From: Lama glama
Lineage: Eukaryota
Direction: 5' to 3'
Assembly (NCBI GenBank): GCA_028534125.1
Contig: CM052818.1
Coordinates: 41,604,001-41,668,000 of the forward strand
Length of the DNA: 64,000 nt
A program made the position numbers and the translations under genes. Below, one piece after another: positions 1-12,597 of this stretch. Numbering within the stretch: the first letter of the stretch is position 1; each line of letters opens with the position of its first letter. Under the pieces are notes generated by a model. It ran no database searches. It was not told where the DNA came from and saw only the letters and a list, made by a program, of their open reading frames with translations.

Positions 1-344
1 GTTTCTGAAGATCAAGGTCTTGTGATCCATCTATTTAAGGTACACTTTGTCCTTCTATGGCCTGGAACCTCAGTTGACGCAAGTGCCACTGTAGTCGCTG
101 GGTGAAAGGTTAGGGACACAGCACCCGCCGTGGTTTTTACCTTGTACAGTAACCAGTCTGGCTGTACTTTTAACTTTGAATTTTTCTTCTTTTCTTTGCT
201 TATAATGATCAAGGTCTAGAGTCCCAACAAACCCCACGTTAGTATATTTTTATATTCTTTCAAATTAACTTTCTTTACTTTTGCTTATAATTATCAAGTT
301 CTAGAGTACCAGCACAGAGTCTTTAAATATCAGCTGAACAACCT

Positions 345-470
345 CTCCCCTTTATGAATGGAGAAACTGAGGCCCAGGGAGGTGAAATGACTCGGCTCGA
401 GGTCACAGTGCAACGTGGTGGTGAATCCAGGGCTTGGACCAGCTCCCCCTCTGCCGAGCCTGAGCACTTA
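345..470 (-). mobile_element. MIR SINE fragment
   Basis: atgaatggagaaactgaggcccagggaggtgaaatgactcggctcgaggtcacag matches the reverse complement of the MIR core. Confidence 0.8.
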
Positions 471-644
471 ATTTCTTCTGCCCCTGGATCAGGTCCTAGG
501 GTCCTGCGTGGCTTCCAAGGTCCAGCTCAAAGGCCCCTTTACCTGTGAAACTTTCCTCAACATCCCCAGCCAGAAATGATGCACATGCTGTGTACTCAGG
601 ACGTAGCACCCATCACAGGGCATCGCAACTTTCTTGAATGTCTG

Positions 645-760
645 CTTCCCACACTGCAGTGTGGACTTCTCAAGGGTAGGAATCACATCTTGTTTATTAT
701 CCACTTCACAGCTAGTACAGTGCCTGGACTATGGTGAGTCCTTAGTAAACAGAGGAACAG
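645..760 (+). mobile_element. L2 LINE 3' end
   Basis: cccacactgcagtgtggacttctcaagggtagg...agtacagtgcctggactatggtgagtccttagtaaa resembles the L2 3' terminus. Confidence 0.65.
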
Positions 761-1596
761 GTGGGTAGGAGGAGACTGAATGAGAGACAAACTCAGGTAG
801 CAGCTATGCTTACCCAACCCAAGCCCCAAGCCTCTGGACTAAAATCATAGATCCTCTACTTCGTTTTCTTACACAGACGCTGATACACAGTTCTCTCCTT
901 TAGTCCCAGAGCATATCTTTCAGCACTGCCCACGGAATGACGTGGGCTTTCTGCATGCCCTCTCCAGCCAGTCGCATTGCACTTGGAGGTGGACCTGCTT
1001 ACTTGCTCTTAGCATCTAATAGAAGACACTGGTGTTGAGTTGAGTTAGTACTTTTGACAGTTGGAACTACTTCCAAATGGAAGCGTTTTGTCCCCAGAAG
1101 AGCTGCCTGTCTCTGAAAGCAGCAAGAAGAAGCTGGGTAAAGCCTGCTCGGCATGTTGGTTTGGCTGTCCCTTGACTTAAGTTCACCTGGGAAAGAACTC
1201 AGGATGCATCGTGACAGCTCTTGAGAGTGGCTTTGGCTACCTGAGTGTCTGTTTGAATTCCCTGTGAAAGGAGTGCAGAGCCTGGGGATTTTCTGAAATG
1301 TATTGCACTCAAGTTGGGGCTGAGCCAACGTGAGACCAGCTCAGGGACCATCTATACCCATCCCTTCCCCTACCCCGTGCCTCTTCCAGCCTCTTGTCAC
1401 TGTTCTGTGAAGAAAGGAAAACATGTCACTCTGTGCTGCCTTGAACCAAGAAGCATAGCATCCTGAACTTACTTTTGGGTTGAGAGCATGGGGAGAAATA
1501 AAAATGTTATTTTGACTATTAATATGAATATAGTCTCATAGAGAGCTGATTACGATTGAGACCATTATAAATAATGGCCAAAGCCTTTTTGAAGTA

Positions 1597-1928
1597 CAGA
1601 AAGCCCTCTGTACCTGTGGGTTCTGCACCCACAGATTCAACCAACTGCGGATCAAAAATATCCAGAAAGAAAAATTTCAGAGACTTCCAAAAGGCAAAAC
1701 TTGAATTTGTCACATGCCGGTCACTATTTACATCACATTTACATTGTATTAGGTATTATAAATGATCTAGAGACGATTTAAAGTATATGGGAGGATGGAA
1801 GGTCATAGGTAAATACTATGCCATTTTATGTAAGAGTCTCAAGCACCTGCAGATTTTGGTATGTGTGTGTGGTGGTGAGGTGGGGCGTGTTTCCTGAACC
1901 AGTCCCCTGCGGATACCAAGGACAACTG
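1597..1928. mobile_element. MER2-family non-autonomous TcMar-Tigger DNA transposon, complete
   Basis: Begins CAG and ends CTG, flanked by TA dinucleotides (1595-1596, 1929-1930). Contains gattcaaccaactgcggatcaaaaatat and tacattgtattaggtattataaatgatctagag typical of MER2. Confidence 0.85.
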
Positions 1929-3464
1929 TACAGATCTGACATAGGAAATTTCAATTAAATTTTAAAACCCTTTATCTGGTGACGCTGTATGTCGGGCACT
2001 GGGCTTGGTGAATGGGACTTCGTGGTCTCTTTACCTTCTTATCTGTCTCCCAACCTACCTTCTAAATCTTGAACCAATTGCTATAGGTATTTTAACCATT
2101 CATCTTTTAATATCAATTCAGAGAGGTCGAAGGAATTAGAATAAAGGTTTGCCTTAAAGTGAGGTGGATATTTTCATCCTTTATCTTTAAAGGCAGAATT
2201 TCCTGAAGGCTATGCAATAATTGAGATGTTTGGTTCAGAGGGACTTGGGTCTGTTTGCCTGATGTCTCAGTGATGCAGTGACTTCATTAGCTCACTGGCA
2301 GTGGCCCCTTCCTGACGGCCGGGAACTGGTCCAGACCCTGGCTGGCAGGTTCTTGCTGTTCTGAAGACTGTGAAGCTAGGACATCTGGCTTGGGTACCCA
2401 GCTAGCCTAATGTTATCCGAGCCTGTGCTGTATAAACTCTTAATCCTCTGAGTCCACTTCTGTGTGGAGACTCCCAAGATGCAAAGCAATTGCATAAGCT
2501 ACTGCTAGTTAGCGTAATTGGCACATTCAAACTAGTCATATAAACCAGATTCTTTTTATATTTTGCCAGTCTTTCGGAGTGTAACAGGACTGTTCCCATG
2601 TTAAGAATTTTGAATAAGTGTTTTCTGGAGTGATTAGAATCTGACTAGACTGAGCTCAGCATTGACCCATGAACATGCTGACGCTTGTGCCTGATGGTGG
2701 ATAAAGGGTGTTCTGAAGGCATTTCCACGTCATCCTTCATCACCTCCTCGGTGATGGGAGAGGGGGACCAGCCCTGCTAAGCGAAGGCTCAAGGAGCACA
2801 TCTGGGAGGGGGTCTGGGTGCTCTGGAGCTGCAACTTGCCGGGCTGGCCCTGACCCTGTGCCTCTTTCTGCCACCAGCCACCGGCAACCACCAGATATAC
2901 CACTTCTTCACTTTCTTGGGATCTCCCCTGACCCCCATCTCCAAGGCCAGCACTCAAGTTCACTCCATCTCTGCCTCTGGCCTCAATGACTGCAATAGAC
3001 TTTATTTAGCTCATTCCTCTCAAACATACCTGCATGGAGTGACCTTTTGGAAAGGCGAATCTGAAAATCTCCATTTTCCTTTGTACCCTTTCTTAGGTGG
3101 TTCCTCACTGGCCGCAGAATGGGCATTGAAGAAAGCCCGCATCCTTTTTCTGGTCTGGGCCCCCATCTGCTTGTCGAATCTCATTTCTCTCCACTGTCAC
3201 CTTCCCCTTAAGCTCCAGAAACCACTGAATCCTTGCTGGGGGTCAAGGAACCATAAAGTTCAATCTCTTCAGCAGGAAGACATTTCTGTTGGCTGCTAGT
3301 TGTTCAGGCAACTGCCAGGCAGAGCTGCGTTATGGGACATTGATGGGGTTTCCAGAAGGTTCTCACAGTGACAAGTCAAGAAAGGTTCCTTTCGCCGCTG
3401 GCATGGGGAGGGGAAAATTAACCATATCTAAATGACCCAGAGGCCATCTCTCTAAGGGAAAGAC

Positions 3465-3580
3465 TTTTTTTTTTAAATTAAGTTACAATTGACATAAAAT
3501 ATTGTGTAAATTTGAGGTGTACAGCATGTTGTTTGCTACACATATGCACTGTGATATAATTACTACAGTAGCATAACTTT
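3465..3580 (-). mobile_element. 5'-truncated L1 3' end
   Basis: T-run followed by aattgacataaaatattgtgtaaatttgaggtgtacagcatg, the reverse complement of an L1MA/MB-type 3' terminus. Confidence 0.75.
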
Positions 3581-3883
3581 ACTGCAGTCTTATCCCACTT
3601 GCGGGGAGGATATTTCTGGCCTTCCTGTGTCACCTGAAGACAGGAAACAAGGTAAGAAGTTAATGTCAGTTGGGAAACTCATGTGAATTCCAAGATGCCT
3701 GGGAGTCTGAAGGCTTCAGAGGGGGACCTGAAGAGAGCTGAACTCATCTGCGGGACCAAACCTGGGCTGACCTGCAGGGGTCAGAATCCCACTGACCTCC
3801 AGGTGACTTCGGTCCTTTGTTAATTCCTAACTCAGACCTTCTTCCATCCTCCTGTGCATGTCACTGAAGAATAAAGTAGAACC

Positions 3884-4022
3884 GGGGGGAGGGTAATAGC
3901 TCAGTGGCAGAGCACGTGCTTAGCATGCACAGGGTCCTGGGTGCAATCCCCAGTACCTCCATTGAAAAATAAATTAAATAAGTAAGTAAATTAAAAAATA
4001 ATAAATAATTTTTTTTAAAAAA
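3884..4022 (+). mobile_element. vic-1-type camelid SINE (tRNA-Ala derived)
   Basis: gggggagggtaatagctcagtggcagagcacgtgcttagcatgcac...ccccagtacctcca plus A-rich tail. 16-bp TSD aagaataaagtagaac (3867-3882) / aagaataaagtagcac (4023-4038). Confidence 0.9.
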
Positions 4023-4569
4023 AGAATAAAGTAGCACTATCTGATGGTGGGAGAGAATCTTATGGGGACAAATGCTCCAGCAACAGCCCCTCCCACAGCA
4101 ATGCCACTTCGTGGGTGACTACGTGGGAGTCTACTATGGTCTTCGTGGTTCTCTCACTCAAAGATGTCACTGATGGATGCTTCTCTCACGATCAGTCTAC
4201 AGCTGGGGTCACTAACCAGGGGTCCAAGATTTGGAATCGTATGCAGACTTGGAGCACATGTGCACGCATGAAGTTTTCTGAGGTTGTAGGGTCCATTCCA
4301 TTCTATAAGGTTCCTGAGAGTCTGTTAACCAAAAAAGGAACGCACCACAAAACAGAAGCCTCTTCCTTAGAGTGTGCCTTGAAAATGACGTTCCTAAAGA
4401 AAGCTGTTGAAAATAAAATAAGTCTGTCTACTAAGCCAGAGAATAGCACCTTTCACAAGATGGGACGAAAGTCAGAGAGCGTAAGGGAAACAATTGGTAT
4501 ATTGGGCTACATGCAAAATGGGAAGCATCTTCATGACACGTCTATGACCTTCCCCTTGCCTCCCTCCAC

Positions 4570-4880
4570 ATCACAACCGCCATCAACAAGGCAAAAACAC
4601 TTGTAATCAAGTTGAAAAACATTTGCAATATAAATGGCGAAGAATATAAACGCAAACTTGTAAGGACAAAAGACAATCTCTCAATTGCAACAACAAGAAT
4701 AACACAATAGGTGAAAAAATTATAAATAATTGAGTCTATTAAAAATGTAATTGATAGCAAATATGAAAAGGCATTCACTCTCACAGGTAATTGAATGATC
4801 AAAAATGTATGTATCATTTTTCATCTAAAGAACTGACAAGGATTTAAAAGGCAAACAAAACTGATGTTGGTGAGTGTCTA
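4570..4880 (+). mobile_element. Old L1 (L1ME-like) ORF2 3' remnant
   Basis: A-rich, degenerate atgaaaaggcattcactctcac...tgatgttggtgagtgt resembles the L1 ORF2 C-terminal region. Confidence 0.55.
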
Positions 4881-4882
4881 AA

Positions 4883-4950
4883 GCACTGGTTCTCGGCTCT
4901 GGCTGCACAGCGAAATAACCCAGAGAACTTTATAAAATATTGATGCCAAC
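4883..4950. mobile_element. MER5-type hAT-Charlie fragment
   Basis: cactggttctcggctctggctgcacagcgaaataacccagagaactttataaaatattgatgcc resembles the MER5 terminus. Confidence 0.6.
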
Positions 4951-4954
4951 ATCT

Positions 4955-7900
4955 GCTTCTGACCATGAAGGATTAACTGCTGTGGGAATTGTCCTTCCAC
5001 CATACACAGCTAGAAAATCAGACAAATACATGGAACAACTGTTTCCAGACACCAGGCAACAAGCAGAGCAGGATTGTCACCCCTGAGGGATGACACATGG
5101 AGGAGATGAGCCCCTACCATTGTCCAGTTTGCTGTCTGGAGGCAGTTTCCAGGACACAGAGCAGAACAGAGAACCCTAACCAAACCCTGCAGTCTCACTG
5201 AGCTGAAGGCAGCCATCAGAGTTCCAGGAAGCACATTCACAGGACTAGAATTTGCAGGGCAGAATGCTGAAGAGGAGGACGCTGCAGAGAGAGGGAGTTC
5301 TAGAGATCGGCAGCGAGGTCCCCTCAAATCTTGGATTTTTCTGGTGAAGTCTAGCTGCATGAAGAAAACTCCATGAGATGAACTGAGGAGAAGAGAGAGG
5401 AGCAATGAGAAGCAGTCAGCTGAACGATTCTGGGAGCTCATATAGCACTGTTAACAGTGAGTATAGTCATTGTAAGGTATTGACTTAGTAAAGGAACTGA
5501 ATTAGCCCTAGACTAAAAGTTGCTGTAGGTTTTCCCTGACAAAGCTTAAAAGCAATCCTACAGAGGCTTAGGCTGGTGCTAGGTAACTTAACTTCATGCC
5601 AGGAAAAAATAAGTTCCATGCTTATTAAAGGATTGCAACAAAATCCAAAACCCAACAGCATACAATGCACTATATAGAGCATCCAATAATACTCAACAGG
5701 CAAACAGAGAAGCAGGCAAATATAATCTGTGACCAGCAAAAAAATCAATCAATAGAAAAAGACACTAAAATGACAAATTTGATGATATCACCGGACAGGA
5801 CATTAAAACAGGTATTATAAATACAGTCTGGTAACTCAATAATGCAAAGGAAAACATGAACACGATGGGAGGTTAAAGGGAAGATATAAAAGACCCAAAT
5901 GGAAATTTAAAAGATGAAAAATGCATCACCTAACAAGAAAAACACACCAAAAGGAACTGGCAGCCCATTAGACATGCAGAACAAATCAGTGAACACGAAA
6001 ACATAGCAATAGAAATGAACCAAAATGAAGCACAGAAAGAAAACAAACCAATTAAATACATACATACATACACACAGCATTAGTGCCTGTGAAACAATAT
6101 CAAGTCCCAGAAGAGATGAGATACATATGGGGGCGAAACGGTGGCTGAAAATTTTTCCAAATGTAATGAAAACTATAAACACAGAGACCTAAAAAACTCG
6201 GTAAATCTAAACAGAAGAAACGAAGAAAACCTCCCCAAAGCACCACATAATGAAATTTCTGAAAACCACTGATAAAACTTTTTGAAGCAGACAGAAAAAA
6301 AAATCAAAGTGGCAGAGGAACAAACAAATCACAGCAGACTCGTCACAGAAGCGAAGCAAAACAGAGGCTAATAAGCAATATTTTTAAAGTAGTGAAAGAA
6401 AGAAGTAAATCTAGAATTTATCACCAAGTGAATTTTTAAAAAAAGATGGAATAAAGACTTTCCAAAGAAAACCTGAAGGAATTCAGTTGTATCAGGTATG
6501 TGCTATTGACAAAAATGTGAAGGGAAATTCTTTAGGCGGAAGAAAATGATACCAGATAGAAATGAGGATCTAATTAAGGAATGACAAGCTCCAAAAATGG
6601 TGAATATGTTGATAAATATAGAAGATATTCTCTATTTTAATATAGAAGATATTCTTAAGTTATAGAGTTGTTTAATATACAAGGTAATAACTAAATTATT
6701 GGTTTATAGCACATAACACTTGTGTTAATAATACCAAGACTAAAGGGGAAATGGAAATAATTAAACATTTTTAAAAATTATAGATAAAATGAAATCCTAA
6801 AGTATGCACAATTAATCACATACACACAAAAAGACGATAAAGAGGGGGAAAGTCCAAAACCAGGTAAGTAGAAAATTGATAACAAGCTAATAGATTTAAA
6901 ATGAGTTATATTAATAGCTGTATTAAATGAAATTATTTAATACTCTGATTAAGACGCAGCTATTATCATATTGGTTAAAAAAATGTTAAGACCCAAATGA
7001 TTCAAGGATATGCTTTCCACGAGACACCCACTATAAATATAAAGATGTAGAGACATTTACAGTAAAGGATGGAAAAGCTATACCATGCAAACAGTAACCC
7101 ATAGGAAGATGGCGTGTCTGTACTGATGTCAAAGTAATTTCAGAACCAAAAATATTACCAGAGATAAGGAGGGATTTTCATAAAGATAATAAGATCAATT
7201 AATCAGGAGGAGGTAAAAATCCTAAGTTTGTGTAAACCGAGTAACAGAATTTCAAAAAACATTAAGCTGTAACTGACGGAACTGCAAGAAGAAATAAGCA
7301 AATCCACAATTATACTTAGATCTTAGACTTGGATTGATAAAACCAATAGAAAAATCATTAAAAACAGCAGGATCCACCCTATAAGTTAATTCAACTAAAT
7401 TGACGTTTACGGAACACATTATGCAAAAGTAGCAGAATACTACTACGGATCTAGGAACGATCATACTAAGTCAAGTAGGTCAGAGAGAGAAAGACCAATA
7501 TCATATGATATCCCTTACATGGGGAATATAGAAAGATGACACAAATGAACTTATTTACACAACAGAAATAGACTCACAGACATAGAAAACAAACTTATGG
7601 TTACCAAAGGGGGAAGAGGGGAGAGAGGGACAAATCTGGAAATTGGGATTAGCAGATACACACTACTGTATATAAACTAGGTAAACAAAGACTTAATGCA
7701 AAGCACAGGGAACTAGATTCAATATCTTGGAAGAGAATACAAAAAGGAATAGAGATATATCTGCATAACTGAATCACTTTGCTATATACCTGAAACATTG
7801 TAAATCAACTATACTTAAGTTAAAAAAATTTTTTTTAAATAGCAGAAAACAAATTAAGTTCAGGTGTACATAAAACATCTACCGTGGCAACTCATATTCT

Positions 7901-8160
7901 GGGTCATAAGACAATCTTAAAATATTTAAACAAACTGAAGTCATACAACATAAGCTTTCTGATCATAGCAGAATTAGATGAGAAATCGATAACAAAATCA
8001 TATCTGGGAAATCACCCAAACGTTTAAAAATTTTTAATTTAAAATAATCTAAATAACCTCTGTTAAAAAAAAAAAGAACCTACAAAAGAGATTATAAACC
8101 AATGTGAACTAAATCAAAATGAAAAAAAATCAATATTTGAGGATATTGTTAAAGAAATGG
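4955..8160 (+). mobile_element. Ancient L1 (L1M-type) 5'UTR, ORF1 and endonuclease remnant, interrupted by a younger L1
   Basis: 5'UTR-like start cttctgaccatgaagg, A-rich ORF1-like region about 5750-6600, frameshifted endonuclease motif near 7065-7098 (GWK/KLYHANSN), continuing after 7850. Multiple stops. Confidence 0.8.
7441..7836 (+). mobile_element. Younger artiodactyl-type L1 3' end nested in an old L1
   Basis: gacacaaatgaacttatttacacaacagaaatagactcacagacatagaaaacaaacttatggttacc. TSD aagtagcagaatac (7427-7440) / aaatagcagaaaac (7837-7850). Confidence 0.88.
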
Positions 8161-8510
8161 TTAGTTAAACCATGGCATCCAAACGATACAATAATCTGAA
8201 TTTTTTAAATATTACAATGCTCAGATCTATATTTTTTGGTTGGAAAAATTAGCCACAAGACACTGTTGAGTGAAAAAGTACGTTATGAAAACCATGTTTA
8301 ATATTCCATTTATATGACATTTTTATGGGGAAAGTGTATATTTACCATGAATGTGTGAAATTATGGTCATCAAAATGTTAACAAAATTACTTCTTAGCAG
8401 AAGGATTTCAGATAACTTTTTCTTTACTTTTTAACACATGTGAATTTCATACAACACGCACGTATATTTGTTATCAGAAAAAATAAACTGTGCTTCCTTA
8501 ATGATAAAAA
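8160..8510 (+). mobile_element. Old L1 (L1ME/MC-like) 3' UTR
   Basis: ctgttgagtgaaaaag...caaaatgttaacaaaattacttc...ggatttcagataactttttctt, degenerate old L1 3' end motifs. Confidence 0.6.
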
Positions 8511-8519
8511 ATGAAAAAT

Positions 8520-8600
8520 TGTTCATTCACTTACTCAAGGCTATTGACCCCTCTGTGCCAGAACTTTGCTAGGCATTGGGAAAAGAGATGCAAATGACTA
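8520..8600 (-). mobile_element. L2 3' end fragment
   Basis: ttcattcac...ctctgtgccagaactttgctaggcattggg. Confidence 0.55.
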
Positions 8601-8609
8601 GGAGTTTGG

Positions 8610-8770
8610 TGATTTAAGCTCCAATCTCATCTCTTCCCCTTCCTAGCTCTGTGAGGGCAGAGCTGACGGTTCTAAGCCCCCATTTCCTAATTTGTAAAAG
8701 TGGGTATAATAACAGTACACACCGAAAGTCAGCAGTAGGACAGTTAAGTGCGATGATTCTCAAAAGAGCT
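8610..8770 (+). mobile_element. MIR
   Basis: catttcctaatttgtaaaagtgggtataataacagtac MIR core. Confidence 0.65.
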
Positions 8771-9369
8771 CTCTCCCTGCTGCCTTTCTCCTGGTTTTTT
8801 GCCTCCATGAAGACAGAGTGACCCCAGCTCAATTCCAAGGACAAATGGGCATGGTCAGACAGAGAAGGGTCCTGGTTTCCGAGGCCGCCTTAGTTCCTGT
8901 GCAGCATGGAGGCTGAGATGAGAACCAGTGGCCCTGCACGAGTGACTGTGGAGTGGAGGTTAGTGGTGGACATCTCAGACCAAGGGTCTGAGGGAAGACA
9001 CGGCAGAGACTCAGAAAGAGCTGCATGGTCAGTGGGAGGGCACTGAAGGCTCAGGCAGTAAGAAGGGTCACAGAGCCCTGGCCAAGCCATATTTACCAAA
9101 CAAGAGTCTTTAAAAAAAAAAAAAACCAAAAAAAGACAACCAATAACCACTATCTCTTGAAATAAGGAGTTTCAAAAAAGTCAGGCAGATATTATGTTAG
9201 AATAAAGAGCAGTGTTTTTAATAAGTTGATTATGTTTTAATTTACCTTTATTTGCCACATAGTCCTTCTTTCGTCTCATTTAGCCCTGGACCAACGGAAA
9301 CGTCCCAATATGGCACTGCTCCAGTCCCTGGGTGCGTGCTTAGGAACCGCTGATGGACACCACCCTGCG

Positions 9370-9560
9370 AAACCTGAAAGTGATGGGGAGTTTTTGAAGA
9401 GTTCAAGTAGAGGAGTGGCAGGATCAGATTTGCAATTCAAACAGCTCATTCTGGCCTCCGTGTTCAGGAGGGATTTTGTGTGCAGGATGTGGAGGCAGGG
9501 AGACCAATTAAGAGGTTCTTTTAATTGTCTAAGCAGAAGGCTTCAAGGAACATCTTGAGT
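9370..9560 (-). mobile_element. L2 fragment
   Basis: gatcagatttgcaattcaaacagctcattctggc...ggaggcagggagaccaattaagagg. Confidence 0.7.
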
Positions 9561-9877
9561 CAAAGCAGAACTTTGGGTATGTCTCAAATGACACAGTTAT
9601 TTTGCCTTTTTCCCCCTTCCAATGGAAATAAACCTTGAATTTCCTTTTTTTAATCACTGATGAAAATCTGTGTTAGTTCACGTGTTTCCATATTTTAGGT
9701 GATTGCTAGAGGTGCCATGCTTAACTGAGGCTAGTAAGTGTTTCCATTTGATGCTTTCTTTAGGACATTTCTTTGGGCCTCTGGAGGATATTTTAAGGGC
9801 TTCCTTGCACTCAATCTTTAAGATTAGATCTTCAATCTCTTCTTTATTGGTTGAGAGTTTAGACAAATTGGTATGTA

Positions 9878-10008
9878 TTTTTGGTGGGGGGTGGAGGTAA
9901 TTAGGTGTATTTTATTTATTTATTTATTTAATGGAGGTACCAGGGATTGAACCCAGGACCTTGTACCTGCTAGGCATGCGCTCTACTACTGAGCTATAAC
10001 CTTCCCCC
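9878..10008 (-). mobile_element. vic-1-type camelid SINE, long-tail form
   Basis: Reverse complement of the tRNA-Ala-like head (atggaggtaccagggattgaacccagg...ctgagctataaccttccccc) with a ggaggtaattagg tail segment. Degenerate TSD (caaattggtatgtat / cacattggtgtat). Confidence 0.9.
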
Positions 10009-11186
10009 ACCTCACATTGGTGTATCTTAAAGGCTGTGTTCCTCTGGTCTGCATGTGTCACTATATATATTAGACTTGATTAACATTGTTGAAAAAATTA
10101 ATATATTATTATGGTTGGTATTTTGTTAGAATATGGGGAATGCATTTTAAGGGCATGTTTTCTGAACTAATTTTATCCTCTTCTAAACAAAATGAGTGAG
10201 GATTAAAGAAGTGTCTTTAGACATGATTTTTGTTTTCTCTTTGACGTGGATGAGAATTTGGGGACTGAAAATTGAAATTGTCTTGAAAAATTAGTTCGAA
10301 CCAACTTTTACACGTGCACCTCAGTTGCTACTTTATAAATGAAGTGTAAAAACCTCTTACACAGTTACTGCCTCATAAGCAAAGTAGAAAAAGCACTTGA
10401 GTTTTACTAGTTACAAAAGAAAGTATTTCTGGAAAACAATGAGAAGAATGAATTCTCACCATCTCTTGCGATTAGCAAAGGAAAAGTGAGGAAAAGCATT
10501 GAAGCAGATATGATTGCTTTCTGTTTTAAAATGATTCTCTTGGTGATAATTAGTGTGATGGTGCTCAGTGGTTGAGAAATTAAAAATACCTCCTCATGTA
10601 GCTTTAGTTTTGCATAATGGAGATGCCTAATTTTGAAGGGATATCTTTCATTGAATGGACTTAATTTCAATAAACATTGGTAGAGTATTTACTACACACT
10701 AGGCAAGAAATATTTACTGTGAAGGAGAAGAGGACTAGAGAGAAATTCAACAGCTTCCACTAGCAAAGAACTCACCCGCTAGCGATAGGGCCAAGCATAC
10801 AATGCAACTATCTGTAATTACAAGGCAGAACTAAATGAGGACTGTATTTAATAATAATTGTGGATCGTGGCTTCCTGGAGACAAAGGCTGTCTCTCATTT
10901 ACAGCACCTTCAAAAGACTTGTCACGGAGGGGAAGCCCAGTCTTTGACAATGTATAGTAAAGGTTCTGGATTGCAAACTCAATGACAGTAGGGGTCAATT
11001 TTTATGCATATATTTATTCTCCGTATCTAGCACAGACCAGGCACCTAGTAAGTGATCAATTAGACTCTGTTAAATTAATGAACTCTAAGTTAGTGGATGA
11101 GTAGTTATAAATGCTGTGGAGAACTGGGAAACTCACAGTCCAACCTGATAGAGGCAATCCAGGGTAAACTTTAAGAATCAGGTGAC

Positions 11187-11545
11187 CCAATGTGGGAGGT
11201 GGGGGGAGAGAGAATTATGTGAAGGTGATCAACAGGTATAAGCTTCCAGCTGTAACATAAATAAATACTAGGAATGCAATATACACCAAGATGTAGTCAA
11301 CACTACTGTATATTACATGAGAAGATTGTTCAGAGGGAAAATCCTCAGAGTTCTCATCACAAGGAAAACATTTCTTTTTTCTCTTTCTTTAATTTTGTGT
11401 CTGTACGAGATGAAGAATGTTCACTAAAATGATTATGGTCATCATTTCATGATGGATGGAAGTCAAATCATTACGCTGTCCATCTCAAATTTATACAGTG
11501 CTATATGTCAATTATATCGCAATAAAACTGGAAGGAAAAAAATAA
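11187..11545 (+). mobile_element. 5'-truncated L1 3' end (L1MA9/Laurasiatherian-like)
   Basis: gagttctcatcacaaggaaaa...tgtcaattatatcgcaataaaactgg plus A tail. TSD aagaatcaggtgac (11173-11186) / aacaatcaggtgac (11546-11559). Confidence 0.88.
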
Positions 11546-11984
11546 AACAATCAGGTGACATTTGAGGCAGGGCTTGAAGACTATGCCCAGGGCCCATTCA
11601 GTGTTTGCTTGCATACTCAAAAGAGACCTCTGAAAACCTGAAGGCCTATGGGTAGATAAATCAAACAGAATCGTTTAGTATTCAGCCAAGCTAGATGAAA
11701 ACCCCGAAAATTACTTGCTCAGCCTACCAATCTGAAGTTGCTTTATAATCAAATAAAGCCCTTCATAAGTGTCTCAGCCTCCCTGTGTGCAACAGCCTCC
11801 ACCCACGACTGCCGCACGGATGGTCTCTTCTCTGCCTCAGAGGTGGCCATTCTTAATTGTGCCACCAGTCACACATATGATGCCCTAAATGCAATTCACT
11901 GATGAACAATGGGGAGCCATGGAAGGTTCAGAGGACTGACATGACCTAACTTGTGTTTCAGAACACAATAAAGATATGTTTCTA

Positions 11985-12460
11985 TAATAGTTAGGATATA
12001 GATTTAAGTGCTTTAACAATGAGCAAAATAAAAACTAAAGTAAACTAGCTTTATTCTTTTCTTGCATGTATAAGTCTAAAGTGGTGGATGGCCCCAGAGG
12101 CATAGGAAACACAAAGTCACCCAGGGACCTAGGCTCCCCCCATTTTGGTGTCCCGTTGTCCACTGAGGTGTCGCCTTCACCTGCAGAGTGAAATGTACTC
12201 ACCACCACTGTGTACATATCCTTTCCCACGGGAGACGAGAAAGAAGGCGCTTGCTTGAGGGCAAGTGGCATGATGGAGAAATTACACATCATTTCTTCCT
12301 CTCACATCTCTGGACAGCATCCAGTCATACAGCTCACCTCACTGCAGGGGAAGTGGGGAAATGCAGCCTCTAGCCGAACCATCCTGTGCCCAGCTGGGAC
12401 TTGGGGGTTCTATTACTAAAAGAAGGTCTACTGGGGAACATTTCGGTGTGTCTAACACAG
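11985..12460 (-). mobile_element. MLT1 (K/L-like) MaLR solo LTR
   Basis: cagggacctaggctccccccatttt...ctcactgcaggggaagtggggaaatgcagcctctagc...tgtgcccagc...gggggttctattacta. Confidence 0.75.
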
Positions 12461-12581
12461 TTTCTTTCTTTTCCTCTCTGAATTGCTGTAAGTTATATTG
12501 TTCCAAAAACATTGACCCACTGATAATGTAAATACAGGACCAGAGCCTGGCAGATAAAGCAATGTGTGTTGAATGTGTGCA

Positions 12582-12597
12582 TGTGTGTGTGTGTGTG
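12582..12597. repeat. (TG)8 microsatellite
   Basis: Read directly from sequence. Confidence 0.9.

Noticed and set aside
919..940. REST/NRSE-like ttcagcactgcccacgga
   Set aside because: Only the left half-site is close; spacing and right half do not fit
3884..3961. tRNA-Ala-like sequences (also 9930-10008 and 23571-23645)
   Set aside because: Mutated stems and boxes, extra 5' G-rich leader, A-rich tails and TSDs show these are SINEs, not tRNA genes
4115..4606. 163-aa plus-strand ORF
   Set aside because: Starts at GTG, has no recognisable domain or clear splice context, and runs into an L1 remnant
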